Of a stretch of DNA of 64,000 bases, positions 26,924 through 35,466 are shown piece by piece (within the stretch, counting starts at the first letter, position 1; the number at the start of each line of letters is the position of its first letter). The DNA is from Oscillospiraceae bacterium (GTDB lineage Bacteria; Bacillota; Clostridia; Lachnospirales; Lachnospiraceae): contig CAVIHW010000003.1 in the NCBI GenBank assembly GCA_963642615.1, forward strand, positions 6,837 through 70,836, given 5' to 3'. The notes under the pieces were generated by a model, which saw only the letters and a program-made list of their open reading frames with translations, was not told the origin of the DNA and searched no databases. Position numbers and translations under genes: made by a program.

Positions 26924-26975
26924 TTGTAACTGTTCAGAGCCAACCTCCAAAATGCTTCGTTCTGAACAGTTACAA
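26924..26975. repeat. 15-bp perfect inverted repeat TTGTAACTGTTCAGA / TCTGAACAGTTACAA, 22-nt spacer
   Basis: Read directly; sits between the uxaC terminator and the -35 of the LacI promoter. Confidence 0.7.
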
Positions 26976-27003
26976 AAAACGAAGGGCTTCTTTTGCCCTC
27001 CGT
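26973..27003 (-). terminator. intrinsic terminator after uxaC
   Basis: Minus strand ACGGAGGGC / GCCCTTCGT stem (one G-U) followed by TTTTTT. Confidence 0.65.
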
Positions 27004-27047
27004 TTTCTTAGGTTGATGGTTTTGAGTTTTGACTTTACAGTCTGTGT

Positions 27048-28457
27048 TTATTTGACATCGAAGTTAAAGTATTTTACTGCATTATCATAAGCGATGCCTT
27101 TTACGATCTTCTCCAGTGCCTTGTAGTCTGCCGGATACTCGCCGTTTTCTACCCAGCTGCCGATGAGCTCGCAGAGGATTCTGCGGAAGTACTCATGTCT
27201 GGTATAGGACAGGAAGCTTCTGGAATCGGTCAGCATACCGATGAAGTTGGAGAGCAGTCCTAAGTTTGCCAGAGAGGTCATCTGAGCGGTCATGCCCTGC
27301 TTGTGGTCGTTGAACCACCATGCAGAACCCTGCTGGATCTTTCCTGCAACTTCCGGTCCCTGGAAGCAGCCAAGGATGGTTCCGATGGCTTCATTATCGC
27401 AAGGATTTAAGGAATATAAAACGGTCTTCGGAAGCTCGTCGGTTGCGATCAGGGAATTCAGGAAATCTGCGGTCTCGGAGCTCGGAGCATAGTTGTTGAT
27501 GCAGTCATAGCCGGTATCCGGACCAAGCTTTGCATACATCAGGGCGTTGTTGTCACGCTTGCAGCCGTAGTGGATCTGCATGATCCAGCCGCGTTTGTGA
27601 TACTGCTTAGCTACGAACTGCATGTAAGCCATCTTAAACTGCATTTCCTCACTGCGGGTGATCTTGCCGCCGGCCAGAGCCTTCTTGAAGATGGTGTCGA
27701 TCTCTTCCTCAGAAGCCGGTGCATACATGATGTACTCCAGTGCATGGTCGGATACGCAGCAGCCCAGGGACGCAAAGAAATCCATGCGGTTGCTGAGTGC
27801 AGCCTTCAGGGAAGCGAAATCCTTTACCTCAATGCCGCTGACAGCGGAAAGCTTCTTCATATAATCCGGATATTCCGGCTTTTCCAGGTTCATGGCCTTG
27901 TCCGGACGCCATGCCGGAAGTACCTTTACCTCAAAGCTGTCATCTGCTGCCAGTTTCTGATGCCACTCCAGAGAATCTACCGGATCATCGGTGGTGCAGA
28001 TCAGCTTAACGTTGGACTGACGGATGATGTTGCGCACGGACATGCTGTCTTCCTGCAGCTTTGCATTGCACAGATTCCATACCTCTTCTGCGGTATCTGC
28101 GCAGAGATGGCCGGTGTAGCCGAAGTAACGCTGTAATTCCAGATGACTCCAGTGATAAAGCGGGTTGCCGATTGCCTTCTCAAGGGTCTCAGCCCATTTC
28201 TGGAATTTTTCACGATCCGGTGCATCTCCGGTGATGTAGTACTCATCTACACCATTGGAGCGCATCTGACGCCACTTATAGTGGTCACCACCCAGCCATA
28301 CCTGGGTGATGTTTTCAAACTTTCTGTCTTCCGCAATTTCCTGCGGATTGATATGACAGTGGTAGTCTACGATGGGCATGTCCTTGGCATACTCATGAAA
28401 CAGCTTTTTTGCAGTTTCGGTAGAAAGTAAGAAATCTTGATCCATAAATGCTTTCAT
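27048..28457 (-). CDS. uxaC: glucuronate/galacturonate isomerase
   Basis: 469 aa; MKAFMDQDFLL...DYHCHINPQEI N-terminus characteristic of UxaC. Confidence 0.95.
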   Translation of the reverse strand: MKAFMDQDFLLSTETAKKLFHEYAKDMPIVDYHCHINPQEIAEDRKFENITQVWLGGDHYKWRQMRSNGVDEYYITGDAPDREKFQKWAETLEKAIGNPLYHWSHLELQRYFGYTGHLCADTAEEVWNLCNAKLQEDSMSVRNIIRQSNVKLICTTDDPVDSLEWHQKLAADDSFEVKVLPAWRPDKAMNLEKPEYPDYMKKLSAVSGIEVKDFASLKAALSNRMDFFASLGCCVSDHALEYIMYAPASEEEIDTIFKKALAGGKITRSEEMQFKMAYMQFVAKQYHKRGWIMQIHYGCKRDNNALMYAKLGPDTGYDCINNYAPSSETADFLNSLIATDELPKTVLYSLNPCDNEAIGTILGCFQGPEVAGKIQQGSAWWFNDHKQGMTAQMTSLANLGLLSNFIGMLTDSRSFLSYTRHEYFRRILCELIGSWVENGEYPADYKALEKIVKGIAYDNAVKYFNFDVK

Positions 28458-28481
28458 GATAATTTCTCCTTAAATTATGAT

Positions 28482-29789
28482 TTAGATGTAACCCATCAGT
28501 TTCGGAAGGGTCAGGCTCAGTGCCGGGATATAGGTTACCAGCATCAGCACAATGAAGATGGCTGCGAAGTATACCAGCAGCTGGCGGAATACGGTCTCGA
28601 TCTTGACATTACCAACCTTAACACCAACGAAGAGGGTGGTTCCTACAGGCGGTGTGATGGTACCGATACACAGGTTGAAGATCATCATGATACCGAAGTG
28701 GATGGTGTTCATGCCCAGTGCGGTACATACCGGCAGGAAGATCGGGGTAAAGATCAGGCAGGCCGGGGTCATATCCATGAAGGTTCCTACGATCAACAGG
28801 ATGATGTTGATGAGGAAGAAGATCACGAACTTGTTGCTGCTGATGGAAAGAAGTCCTGCGGAAACGATCTCCGGGATGTTGGTGAAAGCCATTACCCAGG
28901 ACATGATGCTGGAAACACCGATCAGGAAGATGATGATGCCAGTCATCTCGGCACTGTCCTTTAAGATAGCCGGGATCTCGGAAACCTTGATGGACTTATA
29001 TAAAAACAGGGATAAAAGCAAGCTGTAAACTACGGCTACAACAGAACCTTCTGTTGCAGTGAACACACCAAAGATGATGCCGCCGATAACGATGACGATC
29101 AGCAGGAGACACGGAATTGCCTCTAAAAGCACTTTGCCGGCTTCCTTAGCGGTAAATACGCTCTTTGCGCGATAGCCTTTTTTCTTTGCGATGCAGTAAA
29201 TCACCAGCATGCAGGCAAGACCCCAGAGGATGCCCGGAATGTATCCTGCCATGAACAGGGCTGCTACAGAGGTGCCGCCGCTGACCAGGGAGAAGGTGAT
29301 CATAACGTTACTTGGCGGGATCAGAAGTCCCGTAGGTGCAGTTGCAATGTTGACTGCTGCGGAGAAGTTCGGGTCATAGCCTTCCTCTTTCTCGATCGGT
29401 CCGATGATGGAACCCATAGCGGAAGCAGCAGCGGTACCGGAACCGGAAATGGAACCGAACAGCATGTTCGCTAATACATTGGTCTGAGCCAGAGCACCCG
29501 GGGTACGTCCGGTTATCAGCTTTGCAAGGTTGATGAGTCGAACGGCGATACCGCCTTTGTTCATGATGTTGCCTGCCAGGATGAAGAAAGGGATAGCTAA
29601 CAGGCTGAATACGGAGATACCGGAGAAGATTCTCTGGGTACCGGTTAAAACTGCTACATCAAAGTCCATCACAGGAAGGATGGCACATACCGAGGACACT
29701 CCAAGAGCCACGGCGATCGGAACACCTGCGATCAGCATGATCAACAGGAGCACCAGGATAATCAATCCGGATAATACTGCAATACTCAT
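28482..29789 (-). CDS. TRAP transporter large permease (DctM family)
   Basis: 435-aa polytopic protein with typical DctM sequence. Confidence 0.9.
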   Translation of the reverse strand: MSIAVLSGLIILVLLLIMLIAGVPIAVALGVSSVCAILPVMDFDVAVLTGTQRIFSGISVFSLLAIPFFILAGNIMNKGGIAVRLINLAKLITGRTPGALAQTNVLANMLFGSISGSGTAAASAMGSIIGPIEKEEGYDPNFSAAVNIATAPTGLLIPPSNVMITFSLVSGGTSVAALFMAGYIPGILWGLACMLVIYCIAKKKGYRAKSVFTAKEAGKVLLEAIPCLLLIVIVIGGIIFGVFTATEGSVVAVVYSLLLSLFLYKSIKVSEIPAILKDSAEMTGIIIFLIGVSSIMSWVMAFTNIPEIVSAGLLSISSNKFVIFFLINIILLIVGTFMDMTPACLIFTPIFLPVCTALGMNTIHFGIMMIFNLCIGTITPPVGTTLFVGVKVGNVKIETVFRQLLVYFAAIFIVLMLVTYIPALSLTLPKLMGYI

Positions 29790-29803
29790 TCTCTAAATCC
29801 CCC

Positions 29804-30301
29804 TTATCCTTCTGTTTTCTGAACGTAGTTGCCGGTGCACATATCTGCAATGTTCAAAATGCCGTAGATGGCGATCAGAACACCGCTGATCGGCATAACC
29901 ATGTAGATCATACCCATGGAAACACCAAGGGATGCGGTCTTCTGGGTCATGGTCAGGTTCATGATGGTGCTGCCGCCGTAGATCAGTACGGCTACTGCAA
30001 AGAGTACAATGAGGATCTCAATGGCAATGTCTAAGAGTTTCTTGCTTCCTGCCGGCAGCATGTCTGCCAAGAAGCTCATTCTCATGTGATCGCGTTTACC
30101 GAATACATAGACGGAAGCAAACATAGCCATCCATGCGAAGGTGTAGGTTAAAAGTTCCTCGGAAATGGTACTCGGGTTGTTGAAAACAAATCGTGTGATG
30201 ATCTGATAGGAACCCACCACAACCATCAGTGCAAAAAGCACGGCACAAACGGTGCTCAGGATGAGATCCAGCCATTTTCTGATTGTATGAAGTGCTGTCA
30301 T
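29804..30301 (-). CDS. TRAP transporter small permease (DctQ family)
   Basis: Four-helix protein; ATG 30301 abuts the stop codon of the preceding dctP-like gene (30303-30305; 1-nt gap). Confidence 0.8.
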   Translation of the reverse strand: MTALHTIRKWLDLILSTVCAVLFALMVVVGSYQIITRFVFNNPSTISEELLTYTFAWMAMFASVYVFGKRDHMRMSFLADMLPAGSKKLLDIAIEILIVLFAVAVLIYGGSTIMNLTMTQKTASLGVSMGMIYMVMPISGVLIAIYGILNIADMCTGNYVQKTEG

Positions 30302-30302
30302 C

Positions 30303-31361
30303 TTAGTTTTCCTCCTTTGCTGTTGTGTCTGCAGAGTCGCTGCTTGCGTTGTATTTCTCATTGAAGGTCTGGATATGATCATACAGATCGCGGATGTGGG
30401 TATTGGACTCTAACATTTCCTGCTGTACGGAGCTTACCTTCTCCTTAAAGAGATTTACATCCGGATAGATAAACTGTACGCCCATGTCTTCCTGTGCAAT
30501 TCTCTTTGCTTCGTCGATGTTGTTGTTCCAGGATTCGATCTCGGTCTCGGTTGCCAAATCTGCTGCGTCATAAAAGACCTGCTTTTCGTCCTCGCTCAGT
30601 CCGTTTAAGAACTTTAAGTTAGCAATCAGCACATCCGGGATGGTCTGGTGCAGGGTATAGGAATAATACTTTGCAACCTCGCCATGTTTGTTGTCTGTCA
30701 GGGCAAGCTCATTGTTCTCAGCACCGTCGATGACACCCTGCTGGATTGCAGTATAAACTTCACCGAAGCTCATTGGGGATGCAGCGGCACCGAAAGCGTT
30801 TGCCATTTTAACACTTGCCGGGCTCTGCTGTACACGCATCTTTAAGCCTTTTAAGTCATCCGGGGTATTGATCGGTTTCTTTGCATAGAAGTTTCGGCTT
30901 CCTACGTTGAACCAGGTCACTACGCGAAGACCGGTTTCATCGGTGGACTCATAAATATTTTCCATATAATCCTTATCTCTCATAGCTGCCTCAAAGGCGT
31001 CTGTAGAGGTAAAGAGGTAAGGCATACTGAAAATCTCATAGACATCTGCGAAGATCTCCAGGTTCGGAGTACCTACTACAACGAAGTCAATGGCACCGGT
31101 CTGGGTCAGCTCGATGGCCTTGGTCTGAGAACCTAACAGTTCGTTTGGATACAGCTGCACTTCGTATTTGTCTCCGAGTTTTTCTTCCACGTACTCTTTA
31201 AATTTTTCCATGCCGACGTATTCCGGATGGGCTTCGGACTGGGACAATGCGACACGTACAATTCGTTTGCCATTGCCGACACTGCTGCAGCCGCTCGTAA
31301 GCCCCATGACCAGACCCGCGCAGAGCACGGCGCTGGTGAATCTCATAATCTTGCTCTTCAT
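30303..31361 (-). CDS. TRAP transporter substrate-binding lipoprotein (DctP family)
   Basis: ATG 31361; lipobox LTSGC; DctP-type binding protein. Confidence 0.85.
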   Translation of the reverse strand: MKSKIMRFTSAVLCAGLVMGLTSGCSSVGNGKRIVRVALSQSEAHPEYVGMEKFKEYVEEKLGDKYEVQLYPNELLGSQTKAIELTQTGAIDFVVVGTPNLEIFADVYEIFSMPYLFTSTDAFEAAMRDKDYMENIYESTDETGLRVVTWFNVGSRNFYAKKPINTPDDLKGLKMRVQQSPASVKMANAFGAAASPMSFGEVYTAIQQGVIDGAENNELALTDNKHGEVAKYYSYTLHQTIPDVLIANLKFLNGLSEDEKQVFYDAADLATETEIESWNNNIDEAKRIAQEDMGVQFIYPDVNLFKEKVSSVQQEMLESNTHIRDLYDHIQTFNEKYNASSDSADTTAKEEN

Positions 31362-31424
31362 ATACTCTTCTTCCTTATCTTTGGGTAACTTCAGTTTCTT
31401 TTGTCTGCCTACCATGGTTGTTTT

Positions 31425-31438
31425 TGTAAGCCCTTACA
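31425..31438. promoter_or_regulatory. LacI-type palindromic operator TGTAAGCCCTTACA (copy 1)
   Basis: 14-bp palindrome (TGTAAG-nn-CTTACA) just downstream of the predicted TSS of the TRAP/uxaC operon. Confidence 0.5.
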
Positions 31439-31450
31439 TTCACGAATCAC

Positions 31451-31479
31451 AGTATAACATTGTACAGAAATGAATGCAA
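31451..31479 (-). promoter_or_regulatory. sigma-A-type promoter of the TRAP-uxaC operon
   Basis: Minus strand TTGCAT - 17 nt - TATACT with TGT extended -10. Confidence 0.5.
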
Positions 31480-31564
31480 ATGGTTTTTATTTGATTAGTT
31501 ACCAATAATTTTCTCTCGTTTTTGTGCACTTTAGACAAAGATTCTGTTCGGCTGTTTTTGGGTA

Positions 31565-31593
31565 TTGACCTTTAATCTCTTTTGGAGTAAGTT
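31565..31593 (+). promoter_or_regulatory. candidate promoter of uxaA-uxaB-eda-kdgK
   Basis: TTGACC - 17 nt - TAAGTT. Confidence 0.4.
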
Positions 31594-31596
31594 TTG

Positions 31597-31610
31597 TGTA
31601 AGCCCTTACA
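31597..31610. promoter_or_regulatory. LacI-type palindromic operator TGTAAGCCCTTACA (copy 2)
   Basis: Identical 14-mer to copy 1, overlapping the predicted TSS of the uxaA promoter. Confidence 0.5.
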
Positions 31611-31637
31611 CTATTTATTGCAAGTGTATTGCAAGTG

Positions 31638-31697
31638 CTTACATTCACAGAGCTTTATCATACTTACATTCACAAGATGTACTTACATTCACAAGAT
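31638..31697 (+). repeat. three direct copies of CTTACATTCACA in the uxaA leader (last two as a 19-nt tandem)
   Basis: Copies at 31638-31649, 31663-31674 and 31682-31693; the same CTTACATTCAC extension follows operator copy 1. Confidence 0.65.
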
Positions 31698-31774
31698 TCA
31701 CATGGTATTTGCGGCTTTTGCAGAGCCAGCGAGAGAAAAGATTCTATTTATATGAAAGGAGGAGAAGCATTCCC

Positions 31775-33259
31775 GTGAAAAGCTTCATCCGCATTCATCC
31801 CCAGGACTCCGTCGCTGTGGCATTGTCTCCATTAAAGAAAGGTACACTGGTTGAGCTGGAAGACAAGACTCAGGTTACACTGATCGAGGATATCCCGCAG
31901 GGACATAAATTTGCACTGAAAGACATTGAGGCAGGTGCTTCTATTATAAAGTACGGCAATTCGATCGGGGTTGCCACCACACCGATCTCGGCAGGATCCT
32001 GGATCCATACCCACAACATGAAAACAGGTCTTGGAGAACTTCTTACCTATACTTATGACCGAAACATCACCAAGCTTCCGGCCAGAGAGGAACGTTTCTT
32101 CCAGGGCTACCGGAGAGCAGACGGCAAGGTGGGAGTCAGAAACGAGATCTGGATCATCCCTACTGTGGGCTGTGTCAACAATGTGGCTCAGGCCATTGAA
32201 AAGGGAAGCCAGTCCGTTGTCGGTGACAGTGTGGAAGGTGTGATCGCCTTCACCCATCCTTACGGCTGCTCCCAGATGGGAGATGATCAGGAGCATACCA
32301 GAAAGATCCTGGCAGATCTGATCAATCATCCAAATGCCGGCGGCGTGCTGGTTCTGGGACTGGGCTGCGAGAACAGCAACATTGATGTATTAAAGAATTA
32401 CATTGGTGAATACGATCCGCAGCGTGTCCGCTTCCTGGTTTCCCAGGAATCCGAGGATGAGATCGCAGACGGTATCGAAATTGTCCGGGAGCTGGCGGAT
32501 CATGTAAAGGAAGCGAAGAGAGAACCTATCAGCTGCAGCGAGCTTGTGATCGGCATGAAGTGCGGCGGCTCCGATGGTCTTTCCGGAATCACGGCAAATC
32601 CGACAGTAGGCGGCTTCTCCGACCGGCTCATCTCCATGGGCGGTTCCACTATCCTGACTGAGGTACCGGAGATGTTCGGTGCAGAAACCCTGCTCATGAA
32701 CCGCTGTGAGGACGAGGAACTCTTTGACAAGACCGTTACCCTGATCAATGATTTTAAAGAGTATTTTAAACGTCACGGACAGACCATTTATGAGAATCCG
32801 TCCCCGGGAAACAAAAAGGGAGGCATCTCCTCACTGGAGGACAAGTCCTTAGGCTGTACCCAGAAATCCGGTACCGCACCGGTGGAAGGCGTTCTGGCTT
32901 ATGGAGAGACCGTCTCCAAGAAGGGACTCAACCTGTTGAGCGCACCGGGCAATGACCTGGTAGCAGCAACCGCACTGGCAGCTTCCGGCGCTCACATTGT
33001 TCTCTTTACAACTGGACGCGGAACGCCGTTTGCATGTCCGGTGCCGACGGTAAAGATCTCTACCAACAACCTGCTGGCTGGCAAAAAGAAAAACTGGATC
33101 GACTTTAACTGCGGTGTCCTGGTGGAAGATACCACCTTGGATGATCTGGCAGACCAGCTGTTGGATTTCGTCATCGAGATCGCATCCGGCAAAAAATCCC
33201 GTTCTGAAGAGGCAGGATTCCATGATATGGCTATTTTCAAGCAGGGCGTTACGCTGTAA
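31775..33259 (+). CDS. uxaA: altronate dehydratase
   Basis: GTG 31775 preceded by AGGAGG; N-terminal SAF domain (IRIHPQDSVAVAL) and UxaA/GarD dehydratase body, about 494 aa. Confidence 0.9.
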   Translation: MKSFIRIHPQDSVAVALSPLKKGTLVELEDKTQVTLIEDIPQGHKFALKDIEAGASIIKYGNSIGVATTPISAGSWIHTHNMKTGLGELLTYTYDRNITKLPAREERFFQGYRRADGKVGVRNEIWIIPTVGCVNNVAQAIEKGSQSVVGDSVEGVIAFTHPYGCSQMGDDQEHTRKILADLINHPNAGGVLVLGLGCENSNIDVLKNYIGEYDPQRVRFLVSQESEDEIADGIEIVRELADHVKEAKREPISCSELVIGMKCGGSDGLSGITANPTVGGFSDRLISMGGSTILTEVPEMFGAETLLMNRCEDEELFDKTVTLINDFKEYFKRHGQTIYENPSPGNKKGGISSLEDKSLGCTQKSGTAPVEGVLAYGETVSKKGLNLLSAPGNDLVAATALAASGAHIVLFTTGRGTPFACPVPTVKISTNNLLAGKKKNWIDFNCGVLVEDTTLDDLADQLLDFVIEIASGKKSRSEEAGFHDMAIFKQGVTL

Positions 33260-33320
33260 ACCCGGCTGAGTACAGGAAAAGAATTATGATATATAAAAGA
33301 AAAGGAAGGAATTGAAAGAC

Positions 33321-34820
33321 ATGAAAAAGCTTTCTTATGCAACTTTAAAAGAGCAGAACTATGATGGTTATCTTCTGGAATCCGCACCGGAGCGCGTGCT
33401 GCAGTTCGGTGAGGGCAATTTCTTACGTGCGTTTGTGGATTATTTCATTGATATGATGAATGAAAAGGCAGGCTTTAATTCCAAAGTGGTACTCTGCCAG
33501 CCGATCGCACCGGGACTTGCTGACATGATCAACGAGCAGGAAGGTCTTTACACCCTCTTCCTTCGTGGTTTCCAGGATGGACAGAAGGTGAATAAAAAGC
33601 GCGTCATCTCCTGCGTCAGCCGCTGCTTAAATCCTTACCAGGATTACGAGGCTGTTCTGGCCTGCGCTGCCAATCCGGATCTGCGTTTCATCGCCTGCAA
33701 TACCACTGAGGCTGGTATCGTTTATGATCCGGCATGTCAGTTTGCAGATGTTCCGGCAAGCTCCTATCCGGGAAAGCTGACCCAGTTCCTCTATCGCCGT
33801 TTCCAGAACTTCGGCAGTGAGAAGGGCAAGGGCTTTATCATCCTTTCCTGCGAGCTTATCGACAACAATGGTAAGGAATTAGAGAAATGTGTCCTCCAGT
33901 ATGCCGAGCAGTGGCAGCTGGGCGAGGAATTCATCGCATGGGTGAAAGAGGAGAATACCTTCTGCTCCACCCTGGTAGACCGTATCGTAACCGGCTATCC
34001 GAGAAACGAGGCAGCTGCCATCTGTGAGGAGCTCGGCTATCAGGACAACCTCATCAACACCGGTGAGATCTTTGGTTTCTGGGTTATCGAGGGACCGCAG
34101 TCCATCAAAGACGAGTTCCCGTTTGAGAAGGCAGACCTTCCGATCCTCGTTACCGACAACCACAAGCCGTACAAGCAGAGAAAGGTGCGCATCTTAAATG
34201 GTGCTCATACCTCTTTTGTTCTGGGTGCTTACCTGGCTGGTCAGGATATCGTAAGAAACTGCATGCATGATGAGGTGATCTGCGGCTACATGAACAAGAC
34301 CATCTATGACGAGATCATCCCGACTCTGGATCTTCCGAAGGAAGAGCTTCTGGATTTCGCAGCAGCAGTAACCGAGCGCTTCCAGAACCCGTTCATTGAC
34401 CATGCACTGATGGCTATCTCCTTAAATTCCACCTCTAAGTGGAGAGCAAGGGTTATGCCGTCCTTAAAAGAGTACATCAAGCGCAAAGGCTGCCTGCCGG
34501 CATGCATCACCGCTTCCTTCGCATTCTACATTGCTTTCTATAACGGCCATACCCTGACCGAAGAGGGACTGGTAGCAAGCCGCAAGGGAAATGATTATGT
34601 CGTAAAAGATGACAAATCCGTTCTTGAGTTTTATAATGAGCATAAAGATGATTCTGTTCCGGAACTGGTACACAGCGTATGCACCAATACGGAATTCTGG
34701 GGCGAGGATCTCACAGAGCTTGAGGGCTTTGAGGCAGCTGTATGCCAGTATCTCACTGCAATCCGTACCGAGGGCAGCTATGCTGTTATGAAGTCTCTCT
34801 TAAATAAGGAGGAGAAGTAA
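33321..34820 (+). CDS. uxaB: tagaturonate reductase (altronate oxidoreductase)
   Basis: Long-chain mannitol-dehydrogenase family; LQFGEGNFLRAF N-terminal motif; ATG 33321 with GGAAGGA RBS. Confidence 0.9.
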   Translation: MKKLSYATLKEQNYDGYLLESAPERVLQFGEGNFLRAFVDYFIDMMNEKAGFNSKVVLCQPIAPGLADMINEQEGLYTLFLRGFQDGQKVNKKRVISCVSRCLNPYQDYEAVLACAANPDLRFIACNTTEAGIVYDPACQFADVPASSYPGKLTQFLYRRFQNFGSEKGKGFIILSCELIDNNGKELEKCVLQYAEQWQLGEEFIAWVKEENTFCSTLVDRIVTGYPRNEAAAICEELGYQDNLINTGEIFGFWVIEGPQSIKDEFPFEKADLPILVTDNHKPYKQRKVRILNGAHTSFVLGAYLAGQDIVRNCMHDEVICGYMNKTIYDEIIPTLDLPKEELLDFAAAVTERFQNPFIDHALMAISLNSTSKWRARVMPSLKEYIKRKGCLPACITASFAFYIAFYNGHTLTEEGLVASRKGNDYVVKDDKSVLEFYNEHKDDSVPELVHSVCTNTEFWGEDLTELEGFEAAVCQYLTAIRTEGSYAVMKSLLNKEEK

Positions 34821-34821
34821 G

Positions 34822-35463
34822 ATGAATGACGTATTAAAGAAACTTGGAGAGTTTGGTATTGTTCCGGTTGTAGTTCTGGACGATGCAAAGGACGCTGGCA
34901 AGCTTGCCCAGGCTCTTTGCGACGGCGGTCTTGCCTGTGCAGAGGTTACCTTCCGTACCGCTGCAGCAGCTGAGTCCATCCGCATCATGACCGAGCAGTT
35001 CCCGGATATGCTTGTAGGTGCCGGAACTGTTCTGACTCCGGAGCAGGCAGACCGTGCGATCGAAGCTGGTGCGAAGTTCATTGTAAGCCCGGGACTGAAT
35101 CCGAAGGTAGTTTCCCATTGTCTTGAAAAAGGCATCCCGATGGCACCGGGTGTCTGCACTCCGAGTGAGATCGAGCAGGCTTTAGAGCTGGGACTTGATG
35201 TGGTAAAATTCTTCCCGGCAGAGCCGTCCGGCGGCTTAAACATGATCAAGGCTGTGGCAGCTGCCTATACCACCCTGCAGTTTATGCCGACCGGCGGCAT
35301 CAACCCGCAGAACATTACTCCTTACCTGCAGTACAACCGTATCCTTGCCTGCGGCGGCAGCTGGATGGTAAAGGGTTCTCTGGTTGCTGAGGGCAATTTT
35401 GAGAAGATCACGGAACTGACCAGAGAAGCAGTTTCTCTGGTACGTGCCGCCAGGGAGGGCTGA
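34822..35463 (+). CDS. eda: 2-dehydro-3-deoxyphosphogluconate (KDPG) / KHG aldolase
   Basis: 213 aa; IVPVVVLDDAKDA...AEVTFRT and GGI motifs. Confidence 0.9.
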   Translation: MNDVLKKLGEFGIVPVVVLDDAKDAGKLAQALCDGGLACAEVTFRTAAAAESIRIMTEQFPDMLVGAGTVLTPEQADRAIEAGAKFIVSPGLNPKVVSHCLEKGIPMAPGVCTPSEIEQALELGLDVVKFFPAEPSGGLNMIKAVAAAYTTLQFMPTGGINPQNITPYLQYNRILACGGSWMVKGSLVAEGNFEKITELTREAVSLVRAAREG

Positions 35464-35466
35464 GTT

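Noticed and set aside
31638-31697. Possible mini-CRISPR array
   Set aside because: There are only three short (12-nt core) repeats at irregular 19-25 nt spacing, no cas genes, and the site is in a promoter-leader context.
31565-31774. N-terminal 70-codon extension of the uxaA ORF
   Set aside because: The extension covers the promoter, operator and repeat array. The UxaA homology (SAF domain) starts at GTG 31775, which has an AGGAGG RBS.
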